From Octopus bimaculoides (Eukaryota): 64,000 nucleotides of DNA. The stretch's first letter is position 1, and every line of letters begins with the position of its first letter. The notes under the pieces were generated by a model. That model had not been told where the DNA came from and made no database searches. It saw only the letters and a list, made by a program, of their open reading frames with translations. Position numbers and translations under genes: made by a program. The stretch spans positions 61,521,896-61,585,895 of the forward strand of contig NC_068993.1 of assembly GCF_001194135.2 (NCBI RefSeq), in the 5' to 3' direction. This document shows positions 28,375-40,572 of the stretch, in pieces.

Positions 28375-28888
28375 ATTGTAGTGATGTGCAACTGTTTAGC
28401 TGAAAATTTACTTCTACAATTTATAGAAATAAAATAAAATTTTCTGCTATAGAATCTCTATTGTTTAAATATCCTCTATATCTTACACTGTTTCTCTTAT
28501 TATTTCAGGATACTAGCTGACATAAGAATTATATCTTTACATCAGAAGCATCCTCAATATATATCATCTTTTAAAGGCAAAGGAATATATTATACAGAAG
28601 AAATATAACCATGCTTATATAAGTCTGGTGAATTATGGCGAAATGTTGCTTCTAAGATTATTAACATTTGTGTAATTCACTGGCTGGAATAAGTACAAAA
28701 TAATTTTTCATTCTAAATAAATTTAGATAAATTTATAAAGGTCTTTGCAGTTAATTGATAGACATATAGCAGAAGGAATATTTGTTAGAAATAAATGATA
28801 TAAAAGGAGAACAAGCAACATACTGTGGTGTGAGAAGAAAATGTTTTTAGTTCAATGAGTTGAAAGATTGAGTTTTTATCCTGAAGAA

Positions 28889-29860
28889 ATGGCAAAAAAC
28901 TTAGCAAAGTCTTCATATGAATGTGATATCTGTAAAAAGTCATTCACTACAAAAGGTCATCTTACTACTCATGTACGCATTCATACAGGAGAGAAACCAT
29001 ATCACTGTGATATCTGTGGTAAAGCATTCAATCAAAATGGTGAGTTAACTATTCATAAACGTGTTCATACAGGAGAGAAACCATATCATTGTGATATCTG
29101 TGGTCAGTCATTCGTTCGTAAAGATATTTTAACTACACACAGACGTATTCATACAGGAGAGAAACCATATAAATGTGATATGTGCTGTAAATCATTCTCT
29201 AAAAGTACTAACTTAACTGATCACAAACGCATTCATACTGGAGAAAAACCATACCAATGTGATTTCTGTGGTAAATCATTCAATCAAAATAACCAGTTAA
29301 TTAAGCACAAACGCATTCATACAGGAGAGAAGCCTTATCACTGTGACATCTGTGACAAATCATTCTCTCGAAATGATGAATTAATTGCTCACAAACACAT
29401 TCATACAGGTGAGAAACCATATCAGTGTGATACCTGTGGTAAATCATACCCTCGAAATAATCAGTTAACTACTCACAAGCGCACTCACACTGGAGAAAAA
29501 CGGTTTCATTGCGATATTTGTGGTAAGGCATTCTCTCATAGTAATGTTTTAAAGGGACATAAACGCATTCATACTGGAGAAAAACCCTATCACTGTGATA
29601 TCTGTGACAAATCATTCTCACGAAATGATGAATTAACTATTCACAAACACGTTCATACAGGAGAGAAACCATATCAGTGTGACATGTGTAGTAAGTCATA
29701 CCGTCGCAAAAACCAGTTAACTGCTCACAGACGTATTCATACAGGAGACAATCCATTTCATTGTGACAACTGTGGTAGATCATTCTCTCACAGTAGTCGG
29801 TTAACTAAGCACAAATGTAATAGTGTAAGAGAAAAACTATATCAGCGTAATATTTGGTAA
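28889..29860 (+). CDS. ZF6: C2H2 zinc-finger protein (11 fingers)
   Basis: ATG at 28889 ([12 protein letters not shown]); tandem fingers; last finger ends HKCNS; stop arises from a frameshift in a decayed terminal finger. Confidence 0.93.
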   Translation: MAKNLAKSSYECDICKKSFTTKGHLTTHVRIHTGEKPYHCDICGKAFNQNGELTIHKRVHTGEKPYHCDICGQSFVRKDILTTHRRIHTGEKPYKCDMCCKSFSKSTNLTDHKRIHTGEKPYQCDFCGKSFNQNNQLIKHKRIHTGEKPYHCDICDKSFSRNDELIAHKHIHTGEKPYQCDTCGKSYPRNNQLTTHKRTHTGEKRFHCDICGKAFSHSNVLKGHKRIHTGEKPYHCDICDKSFSRNDELTIHKHVHTGEKPYQCDMCSKSYRRKNQLTAHRRIHTGDNPFHCDNCGRSFSHSSRLTKHKCNSVREKLYQRNIW

Positions 29861-30424
29861 ATCATTCTCTGAAACATGACAATTATTCACATCTGTATTC
29901 TTACATGAGAGAAAACACATCACTTTGTTATTTGTAGTATCTCATCGTACTATAATTAGATCTAATTATATTTAATATTCAACTGAACTGTATATATATA
30001 TTTTTTATGTATTCTCGTATATTCTTGTTTTGTTATTTTTTTTATGCATTCCATCAGATGACTAATTTTATTTGTAATATGAAAAGTTGTATCTATGGTC
30101 CCTTCATGACTTTATTGTGGCACTAAATGTTAATTTGTCAATGTAGCATTAAACTTTAAATAAATGCAAGGTGTTTAGAGTAATTTTTGAATTATCCTTA
30201 ATGGTGTTCTTTTGCCCATTGTATGCAGGTAAACATTGGTTGATGGGAGACAAGTCAGAGGCTGTCCTAGGAGAAGATATTTCCCATTTTCACCAGAACT
30301 TCTGAATAAAAAATATATATGTATATAAAAATAAAAATATATACTAAAAATGAAGAAAATATATACTAAAAATAAAATAAATATATACTAAAAATAAGAT
30401 AAATATATATAGGAAAAAAAAAAA

Positions 30425-30965
30425 GCACACATGTCGAGCAGAGGTTGGCAATACCTGTGCTGAGTTTTAGGTCCAATGAGGCTTGCACAACACCTCATAA
30501 ACCCTCTCCACTTTGTTGACATTATCCAGAGACAAGCCGGAGCAAGATGTCTGGTGCCAATATGAGTTGCAGGCTCAGGGATGTGGGAGCGCCGTGATCT
30601 CTAGCACAAACCAAAGATCCCCAAAATGTCCAATGCCATTCCCTGCATATTTGGTTTCATATCAGAGTGACCTTCTCCTAGAGACATGCTTCAACAAAAG
30701 CTGAGGGGTGCCTCACTCCCAGTGGTCTTTCAGCCCACCGGACACCATCCCGGAATTTCTGTGTACCCGTGCTATTGCTAGATAGCTGTTGAGCCTGCAC
30801 TAGGTCCATCCGATCTTTCAGCAGGTCTTGTTTTTAATCCTGTTGGGATTCTAGCAACCCTCCTCACCAGGGTAGCCGAGTGGGGGTGCCAGTTTAGTCG
30901 TCGGCAACCCGACCATGCAACAGGTTGTACTGGATTACGTGTTACCAGTAGCACTTATGAGAGCC
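30425..30965 (-). repeat. Unclassified GC-rich interspersed repeat, possibly a non-LTR 5' region
   Basis: Abrupt ~50% GC block after an A-rich tract in 30% GC surroundings; no ORF. Classification is unsupported. Confidence 0.35.
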
Positions 30966-31146
30966 TCATATGTGACCTGACATATTTTTCCCCAATATTA
31001 ATAATTTCAATAATCCTGAACATATACCAATGACTTTTGCATTATATCATAGGGATTAAACCAGTGGAAGACCTCAAATTAATTATGTGTGTGTGTGTAT
31101 ATATATATATTTATATATATATGTGCATCTATATATATGTATAATA

Positions 31147-31210
<64 letters not shown>

Positions 31211-31741
31211 GCATATATGGATACAGGACATCACCAATGGTTCAAACAACATGAAATAAATAAACAAACGTGTTAAATACATAAACGAGAAAAAAAAATG
31301 GAAAACAGGACAAGTAAACACAGAGAAAGGACCCTTCATCAGTTGTCGGCTGTCTATCTACTTCTCATTTTGAGCATTGAACGACAATATGAGTCTTCAA
31401 AGACAGTTGCTCCCATAAGTACCAAAATAAAATTTGGTATTTATGGAGATTCAAAGTTGGGAATAAAAACAGGACAGTGGAGACATACAAGGAAACCGAA
31501 TGAAAACAAACATGGTGGGTCGTTAGACCAGAACGAGAGAAAAATAGTGAACACTGTAAGAAACATTTTTTTGAAGAGTGAATAGATAGAAGAGAGAGGA
31601 AGAAAATGTCTGCACTTTTGAACGTCTGTGCAGAAAAGAAAGATGGACACATGAGGAAAAGATGGATGTTAAATGATGATGATGATGTTTAGTAAATTCA
31701 CTTTTTTGAGGCAATGATTTATAATAGATATCATAGCTGCA

Positions 31742-32130
31742 ATGATGGCTGTGTGGTAAAATGTTTACCTCTCACCCACATGGTTCTGGGTTCAGTCCTA
31801 TGTGACATCTTAGGCAAGTGTCTTCTACTCTAACCTTGGCCAGACCAAAGCCTTGTGAATGGATTTGATAGAAGGAAACTGAAAGAAACCTGTTGTGTCT
31901 GAGTGTGCATGTGTTTGAGTCTTCGTGTCTTGACATCATGTGATAGTTGTAAACGAGTGTCACCGTCATACAAGCAGTGTCATTCATTTCCAATAGTCTG
32001 CATGAGAACATGTCTAACCATGAGGAAATAACACCTAGCTTGGAAACAGGTAAGGGTTAGTGAGAGGAAGGGCATCTGCCTTAAATAAACCCTGTGCAAC
32101 CCATATGCAAGCATGTAAAGAGGACTTGAC
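31742..32130 (+). mobile_element. SINE with a family A head and an alternative RTE-type tail
   Basis: Head as family A; tail contains ggaagggcatc...cccatatgcaagcatg, as in the (GAT)n-ended tails at 10818-10990 and 36874-37120. A reverse-oriented relative lies at 20805-21145. Confidence 0.65.
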
Positions 32131-32539
32131 CAATCACAAACATATCCATATGGGGATATCCACATCATTGTAATCCTAACCCTCATTTAAAGTCACAGAT
32201 TTTTTTCTAAGACATTACCCTTAGGATTCAGTTTTGTGTGTGTGTGTGTGTATTTATACATGATAGAATATAGTTTTAAATTTCAGACTGAACAGTATGA
32301 TGTGACGGAAATTCGGCTGCTATTTCTAGCAGGTTGTGCTAGTACATAATGGAGCCATTGCTGCAACGTAATTGTTTAGCCCCGGAAACGACCCGATCAA
32401 ACAGAATTATGATTTTCTTTTCATGTCGTGGCTAAGCTGCATTGGTTGATTTCAATCAATACACAACACCAGTTATAGTCAAGCTGTTACCGAATTAACT
32501 ACGAAACTGCGGTTAACAATAAATCTCTAAATATGTCCA

Positions 32540-32650
32540 AATGTCCTTCTTTGTTTTGTTGCTTCTCTCTTGTGTCCACCGTTGCCAATTCCTCGGAGGA
32601 ACTTCAGTGTTGTTAATCGAATTTATCGACGAAAAACGAAAGGAAAAGAA
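32540..32650 (+). other. Putative non-coding first exon of ZF7 (donor GTGAGT at 32651; acceptor CAG 34265-34267)
   Basis: Paralogous block ending aagaa|gtgagtatt, most similar to the ZF2 copy. Confidence 0.6.
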
Positions 32651-34697
32651 GTGAGTATTCTCAAGGCAAAGTTTTAAAATATTTCATTGGTATATTTCAA
32701 AGGCATATATAATTAGGGGCAGCTTTTCTTTTTTAGTATCGTTGTATTTCATACAAAAGAAATTACGATTCTATGAAATTCTATCCGAAAACTTCAGTTT
32801 TTCTTAATTCTGCTTCTCTTCTTCTTCTTGTGTCCGTTTCCTTCCCCATGGCAGCTATTCAGAAACTATTTAGTTTTCAGCATTTCATTTTCTTTCTGTT
32901 CCTTTTTTTATATATTCCCTCCTACATCACTACATTTCTTGCCCGTCCATAGTAACATTAAGTTCGGCGAATAGAACTCCTATTTACTCCTTTTACACAT
33001 TTCAAGCATGGTCATTTTCCCGACGGGGATGTGGTCCCGTCTTCTTTTCTACTTACTAATACTTCACTCGATGGAGTTCTGGGCGGAGCTGAAGAATACG
33101 TACACCACCCGTTTTCGGCGTAACAAAAACCCTAACCCTAACCAACGTGTGTATTCTTTACTTTCGCCGAGTTCTGATCGAAGTACATCATCTAATCCGT
33201 CATAACTCCTATTTTTTGAATTTTCAGAATAACTTAGCGAATTTGTGTTCTACACACTGGACATCGTACGATTATGCAAATAAAAAAATATATATAATTT
33301 TCCTCCCCCACCAATCCTAAAACTTCCTCTCTTTTTTTCCAGTTTAAAAAAGAAAAACATCAGTTTTAAACCACGGACAATCCGAATCTACCATTTGTTT
33401 TTAACTAGTTCCTTTGATTTAAGGGAGATTTAGCTGTTGTTTCTAGCACATCTCACAACCTTCCTCGTTTATTTGTCACTTTGACGTATTTATGCTTTTC
33501 GATATTTTTCTCCCTGTAAACACATTTAATGGAATGATGATGTGGAAGTAACACACAGGTTTTGTTTAGCTTAAGGGTGGTCCATTGCCGGGATTTAAGC
33601 AAAAACAAAAAAAAAAATTTTTTATACCCCCCACCCAGCCTGCACCAAGCGAGTGTGTGTGGTGTAAGAAAAAACATTTACTCAGATAGAACTATGCTAT
33701 TAAAATATATTATTTTTTTACATAATTTTTTAAAATCATTGTCCCAGTTTCAAGTTTTCCAATACTGGTATGATCAATATGGATTAAGTCTAATTTGAGC
33801 ATCTGTAAGGATGGTTGGGGGTGAAATGATTTTAATCAAAAAATTTTTTTTACATAATCATACAAGATAGAATTTGCAAAGCACAAATTTGCAAAAATTT
33901 TCTGAAAATATAAAAAACTAGAAAAGTAATGATTGGTTTATGTGATGTGTTCCAATCCAGAATCGATAAGAAACATCCCCCTCTCCCTACACACACTATC
34001 GGCTTCTCAGTTGGCATCTGCCAAATCCACTCAGGGTTTCGGTTGATCTTGGGCTGTAGCAGAAAACACTTACCCAAGGTGCCACACAGTGGAACTAAAC
34101 CAAGAATCTTGTAGTTAGGAAGTAAACTTCCTACCACACAGCCATGCCTACACCTTAGTGGAGGAATTCAGATGTTCAAGTAAAAGAAATTAAATTTCTG
34201 CTATAGAATCTTTGCACTTAAAATAATTGTCCTCTCCATCTTATTCTCTTTTTTATTATTATTTCAGGATACTTGCTGACGTTGACATTAAAATATATTT
34301 ACATCAGAAGAATCTGCAACATTTATCATCTTTTAAAGACAAAGGAATATGTTATACAGAAGAAATATCACCATGCTTACATAAATTTGGTGAATTGTGG
34401 TGAAAGGTTTCTTCTGGGTGAAAATATTAGCAACACTTTCTGTAATTCACTGTCTGGAATAAGTACAAAATAATTTTGCATTCTAAATAGACTTTAGATA
34501 AACTGATAAAGAACTTTGCTGCATTTTTAGATATTTTGGTTAAAGATCATGGTTGATAGAAATACAGCAGAAGGAATATTTGTTATGAATACATTATAAA
34601 AAAAGGAAAATGAGAAGCATATGCATATATTCTGGTAAGAGAAGCAAATTTTTGGTTAAATGAATTAAAAGATTGATTTTTCTTTCATTCTGAAGAG

Positions 34698-35879
34698 ATG
34701 GCAAAAGATTTTGGAAAGTCTTCTTATGAATGTGATATCTGTGAAAAATCATTCACGACAAAGAGTTATCTAACTGTTCACAAACGTCTTCATACCGGAG
34801 AAAAACCATATCTCTGTGAAACTTGTGGTAAAACGTTCTCTCGGAATGATAAGTTAAATGTTCACAAATGCATTAAGAGAAGAGAGAAGCAATATAATTT
34901 TTCTTTTACTAAAGAGATGACAAAAATGTTAGAAAACTCATCCTATGAATGTTGTATCTGTAAAAAGTTATTCACTACAAAAGGTCATCTTACTACTCAT
35001 GTACGCATTCATACAGGAGAGAAACCATATCACTGTGATATCTGTGGTAAAGCATTCTCTCGAACTGATGAATTAACTACTCACAAACGTGTTCATACAG
35101 GAGAGAAACCATATGAATGTGATATCTGTGGTCAATCATTCACTCGTAAAGATATTTTAACTACACACAGACGTATTCATACAGGAGAGAAACCATATAA
35201 GTGTGATATGTGCAGTAAATCATTTGCTAAAAGTACTAACTTAACTGATCACAAACGCATTCATACTGGAGAAAAACCATACCATTGTGATTTCTGTGGT
35301 AGATCATTCAATCAAAATAACCAGTTAATTAAGCACAAACGTATTCATACTGGAGAAAAGCCATTTCACTGTAATATCTGTGGTGAGTCATTCTCTCGAA
35401 ATGATAAGTTAAATGTTCACAAACGCTCTCATACAGGAGAGAAACCATATCAGTGTGATATCTGTGGTAAATCATTCCCTCAAAATAGTGGCTTGACTAG
35501 ACACAAACGTATTCATACTGGAGAAAAGCCATTTCATTGTGATATTTGTGGTAAATCATTCCCTCGAAGTAACGCCTTAACTGCACACACACGTACTCAT
35601 ACTGGAGAAAAACCATATCATTGTGATATTTGTGGTAAAGCATTTTCTCAAAGTCCTGCTGTAACTGTGCACAAACGCATTCATACTGGTGAAAACCCAT
35701 ATCATTGTGATATCTGTGGTAAGGCATTTTCTCAAAGCCCTGCTGTAGTTGTACACAGACGTATTCATACTGGGGAAAACCCATATTATTGTGATATTTG
35801 TGACAAATCATTTCCTCAAAGAAATTCCTTGATTGATCACAAACGTATTCATACTGAAGAAAATCTATTCCATTGTTGA
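34698..35879 (+). CDS. ZF7: C2H2 zinc-finger protein (13 fingers, duplicated start module)
   Basis: 393-aa ORF; a two-finger module precedes a second start-like module ([12 protein letters not shown] at 34917) and 11 more fingers. Confidence 0.93.
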   Translation: MAKDFGKSSYECDICEKSFTTKSYLTVHKRLHTGEKPYLCETCGKTFSRNDKLNVHKCIKRREKQYNFSFTKEMTKMLENSSYECCICKKLFTTKGHLTTHVRIHTGEKPYHCDICGKAFSRTDELTTHKRVHTGEKPYECDICGQSFTRKDILTTHRRIHTGEKPYKCDMCSKSFAKSTNLTDHKRIHTGEKPYHCDFCGRSFNQNNQLIKHKRIHTGEKPFHCNICGESFSRNDKLNVHKRSHTGEKPYQCDICGKSFPQNSGLTRHKRIHTGEKPFHCDICGKSFPRSNALTAHTRTHTGEKPYHCDICGKAFSQSPAVTVHKRIHTGENPYHCDICGKAFSQSPAVVVHRRIHTGENPYYCDICDKSFPQRNSLIDHKRIHTEENLFHC

Positions 35880-36204
35880 TGTCTGTGGTAAAGCATTCAT
35901 TCGAAATATGAATTTGAGGGAACATAAACATTTACTGGAGAAAACCCACATTGTGATATATGTGGAAAGTAATTATCTCAAAATCATCAATTAAGTCAGC
36001 ACAAGTGTATTGGTACATTAAAAAAAAAGCCCAAAAAGCCAAAACATACCACTAATATTTGTGGTAACCCTTTCTCATCCTCATGACTTAACCATGATGT
36101 GTATTCTTACCTGAGAGAAACTGCTCATGAAACTTTTGTTAACCATTTTCTCTGAAAAGTGCTTTAACAATAAGTATGTATTCATACCAGAGTATTGACC
36201 CTAA

Positions 36205-36425
36205 ATAAAGGTTTCAAATTTTATCACAAAGGCAGCAATTTTGGGGGAAGGGATGAGTCAATTACATCGACCCCATTGTTCAACTAGTACTTATTTTATC
36301 GATCCCTAAAGGATGAAAGGCAAAGTCGACCTCAGCAGAATTTGAACTCAGAATGTAGCAATAAATGAAATACTACTCAGCATTTCGTCTGGCATGCTAA
36401 TAATTCTACCAGGTTGCTGCCTTAG
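36205..36425 (-). mobile_element. SINE family B in the ZF7 3'UTR
   Basis: Full-length match to 61393-61605 (reverse). Confidence 0.8.
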
Positions 36426-36873
36426 TTGACCCTAAATAATCAGGAATAAATGAGTCATATAATAGAATATTTTCTCATACTTTAATAGGACATAAGTATT
36501 CCTTAAATATATATAAATATACCTGGATGTACATATATCCTATGTACACTTTTTCAGGTACATTATGTTGATTGTTTTCAAATTTTTATTGTTATCCCAT
36601 CAAGGGACTAGTTTTGTTGTTGGTGACATTTTTATTTTTATTTATGGTGTGGTTCCTTCTTAACTTTATGCTGAAACTTACATGCTCATGGGTGTAAGCT
36701 TTGAATTATCATCGTCAACGTTTTTATGTCCATTGTCCAATCCATGCCAATATGGAAAACAGGCATGAAATGATTATGAAGATGTAAGTGCTGGAGTGAG
36801 TTGGACCACATTTTCTCAAACATTTCATCATTTCAATTGTAAATTTCAAATTTCAGAGTTCTGACTGCACCAA

Positions 36874-37120
36874 TCATCATCATCATCATTTAACGTCCGC
36901 TTTCCATGCTGGCATGAGTTGGATGGCTTGAGTGAGGACTGGCAAGCCTGGAGGTTGCACCAGGCTCCAATCTGATCTGGCAAGGTTTCTACAGCTAGAT
37001 GCCATTCCTAACACCAACCACTCCAAGAGTGTAGTGGGTGCTTTTTACGTGCCACTGGCACAGGAGCCACTCAGGTGAATGGTGCTTCTTATGTGCCATC
37101 GGCATGGGAACCAGTCAGGC
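36874..37120 (-). mobile_element. RTE-type 3' tail with (GAT)n, inserted in the ZF7 3'UTR
   Basis: Splits the paralog-conserved ctgcaccaatc|tttgtgaatattc motif. Confidence 0.78.
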
Positions 37121-37150
37121 TTGTGGATATTCATAACAATTTGAAATCTA

Positions 37151-37156
37151 AATAAA
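37151..37156 (+). terminator. Candidate poly(A) signal of ZF7
   Basis: AATAAA in the conserved block, 30 nt after an RTE-type tail insertion. Confidence 0.55.
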
Positions 37157-38364
37157 GTTGGTTTGCTCTTATATTCTTCTTCTTTTATTTTATATTTGGA
37201 ACATCTAACCAAGTCTTGTACTCACTTCAGTTATAAATTACGCATAGAATTCACTGATTTGATCAATGTATGATGAAAGTTTCCCACATTTTCTAATCTG
37301 ATTTTCACCAACTGTTTACTTCTAACCTATATAATTTATTCACACTATTTGACCCTAGATATTATTTACTGTTATGAGGAAGTGAATTTATGTCAAGAAC
37401 AATTAACATGGCAATACAAAAATTTCACTGATTATTTGCTTTTGCAATCAACTTGCAGGTGCAAGAGCTACCTGTTGAAAGCTCTGCATCCTGATGCTAG
37501 TAAGCTTATGGAGTCATCAGGAGAGAATAAGTGATTTGCTGGAAATCTTATTTGTTGCTTTTGGGAATGCTGTGCCGCATCTTCAGCAAGTGTCTTCCAC
37601 TATAGCCCTAGGCCCACTAAAGTCCTGTTAGTGGATTTGGTAGATGAAAACTGAGAGAAACCGGTCATATCTGTATGTGTGTATGTATATGTTTATATAT
37701 ATTTATGATGACTTTCTATTTTATTCAAGGTAGGCACTGCCTACCTTGCCTACCTAGGTGGCACGTCCCTGGTATGTATGTATGTATATACACGTGTTGT
37801 ACAAACGTTTCTCACTATAATCCAATGACGAACAGATGTCTCTCTCTATGGTGACCTGATTTGTCATTTCATCTACTGAAAGTCTTATGACGATAGAAGA
37901 GTGGCAACATCTGCTGACGTAAACAGTCCGAAGTGTACGGGAAGTTACACCTATCGTATGTCACCTGTGCTTCAAGCCTGGTAGACCTGCAACAGGACTA
38001 AACATTCAACTGACAGGTCATGGATGGGAAGTCAGAAATGCCATCGATAACGAAGAAGCACATGGCGGAGCAATCACCGTGTGTGTGTATCGACCATCAT
38101 CATCATCATCGCCATCATCATTTGATGTCTGTTTTCCAGTAAAACAGTAACAATAAAGTTTATGCTGGCATATTCCCACGGGTGCTTTCCTGACTTTCTT
38201 TCACTAGTCATTTCGCGGATTCTGGTCAGTGAACTCCAACCTTGCGTTTTGAATCTAACTAAATTTCCTGTAACATTATTCCTCTGCCAAAAGTTGGCTA
38301 TAAATCAACAAATGAAAGGCGGATAGAAAATTGGGGAGAAAAAAAGAGAAACGAAAGTAAAGTT

Positions 38365-38600
38365 CCTTCCCGAATCACGTATACTCATGGGGCCCAGTTT
38401 CCATGGCGTATATATTTCCCGCCTGGATGGGACGCCGGTCCGTCGCGGGAATAATTCATTTTTGCCAGCTGAGTGGACTAGAACAATGCGAAATGCAGTG
38501 TTTTGCTCAAGAACACAACGCGTTGCCCAGTCCAGGAATCGAAACCACAATCTTACGATCATGAGTCCAACACTCTAACCACCAAGCCACGCGCCACCAC
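38365..38600 (-). mobile_element. tRNA-headed SINE with a distinct central domain
   Basis: Reverse strand has tggcttggtggttagag ... gtttcgattcct boxes followed by ttgagcaaaacact...gtccactcagctg...gcgtcccatccagg. Confidence 0.65.
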
Positions 38601-40572
38601 TGGATAGATTTGTCTCTTCGAAAATTTGCATCCTAATCAAAGAGTTTTTTTGTTTCTTTTACATAACGTGATGGTCAGTGTAAGCATGTAATGGGCTAGA
38701 AAAGAAAATTTGACTATTGTTTTGTGCAGGAATATGTATAACGGACATGTATGTGTCTATCTTTGAGTCGGAAAAGTCAAATTGCGTATACGTGTAAGTA
38801 AATTTTCAAGTGAATTTGAATATTAAGAACAAAATCACATGCTCAATATTCGAACTGTATAATGAAGTATAAATGCTTCTGGTGATATATATGTGTTACT
38901 AGTTGTTTGTGAGCGAAGTGAAAAGCAAGGTGAACCTGACAATATAGATATGTATTGGTTGATAAGCGCCTAGCAAAAGAGGTGGCGGTGTGTGTGTGTG
39001 TGTGTTAGTAGTCTGGGTGAAGTAAGTTATTGTAACAAGGAGCAGAGTCTGCTACTGTTGTGTGATATGTAAAGGTTGTCTTGGAAAGTTAGGCTAAAAA
39101 AAAAACAGTTTTAATCCAAACTAGGAGCGGCATTTGGTTAGCTATGTCAGGAACGCGAGCTTAATGTTTAAAATTCATAAGAACATAACCGTTGATATAG
39201 TGAAAGCACACATAGAATAAAGTAAATGTATAAGGATATATGTTTGTATGTAAGTGTTTCTTTAACTCTGTTCAAGCCTATAAGGAATAAAACCGGAGTA
39301 TTTCGCAACGAAAAGCATAGTACCATGCAAAGCGAAAACTCAATTGACTTGAAAGGTGGTAATATGGCGAAGGGATTGAAATAAAATGCCATGTAGACGT
39401 GTGAGAAGCGATTGAGAGATGCATAGCACTGCACCAGATGCGAATGAGATTTGTGCAATGTGACGCCGTTTGAAAGTGAGATTTGAGGAAAGCAAAGATA
39501 ACGCGAGGTTTCATACAAATGTATGTTGAGATGTGAAATGAAAAAATGACATTAATATCATGCAAGGTACTCGTGGTGACACATGTTTCCCACGAAAGCA
39601 AAGCTGAATGCAAGAGCGAGAACTGCAGACTACAAACAGTAGTGACTTTTATGTATTTTGCATACCTGTCAATTAGTATGCCAATGTGTGGGCAAAGAAA
39701 AAAAGATCTAATACCAAAAAAACAACAACAAAAAAACAAAACAAAAAGAAAACCCACACAAGAAATAAAGGAATGCCGCTTTCTGCATTTGTTAAACAGG
39801 TAGAGAAATATTGAAAACAGTGAAAAGTTGCAATGTTTAATAAGAATTCGAAACGAAAAAGATTGTTTCAACGCCAAGGAAAATTAACGAAATGAGAAAA
39901 CAAAAAAACAAAAACAAAAAAAAGACATTTTTCTTTGACGCGATGGAGACAAGGTCGACGATATTCAGCTCTGAAAAGAAAGCCGATTCTCCATCTTTCA
40001 GCGTCCGTTCTTTTAAGAATTGGTGAAAACAGTTATGTGAGATGATACTTTTATCGATGACGATACGATGATGTTCGAGTTTTTAAGTGATGCATGCTTG
40101 ATAAAGTATCACTACAGAACATTTTCGGTTATGGTGTGCTGTAAATAAAATCACTCTTAGAATATGATGGAACTGAGCACCAATGTTTATTGTAGCTCTG
40201 GCAATGATGAATAATAGAGGGAAAGCAAAGTGTCAACTGTGGAATATTTCTCGGATATCTAAATGTAGCGTAAAATCTGTCGCAAGACGTCTTAACAAAA
40301 TAGTTGTTCTTGCGTCGTCGGTCAACATTTTTCAAAAGCAAGATTAATGTATGTTGTACTGGTTAAAGATGTTTTTGAATACATTTTCTGTCTGTTAATA
40401 TTTCATCTAGAACTTAATGGCACCGGAATAAACGTTCAATGAATCACAACAATAGAGAATGTAAGTACAGTTAATATATATCTCTATATATTTCGCAACG
40501 CAATAAAGCAATAATGTAGCCGGATAGTGTATCTTGTCATTTTACAGCGTATCTGTAACATTATGTATGCGT

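Noticed and set aside
33138-33153. (CCCTAA)n as a telomere or chromosome fusion site (also 55411-55433)
   Set aside because: Only 2-4 units, embedded in interspersed repeats.
37735-37772. Short hAT-like terminal fragments (also 50650-50690)
   Set aside because: Single ends without a partner TIR; too short to support a feature.
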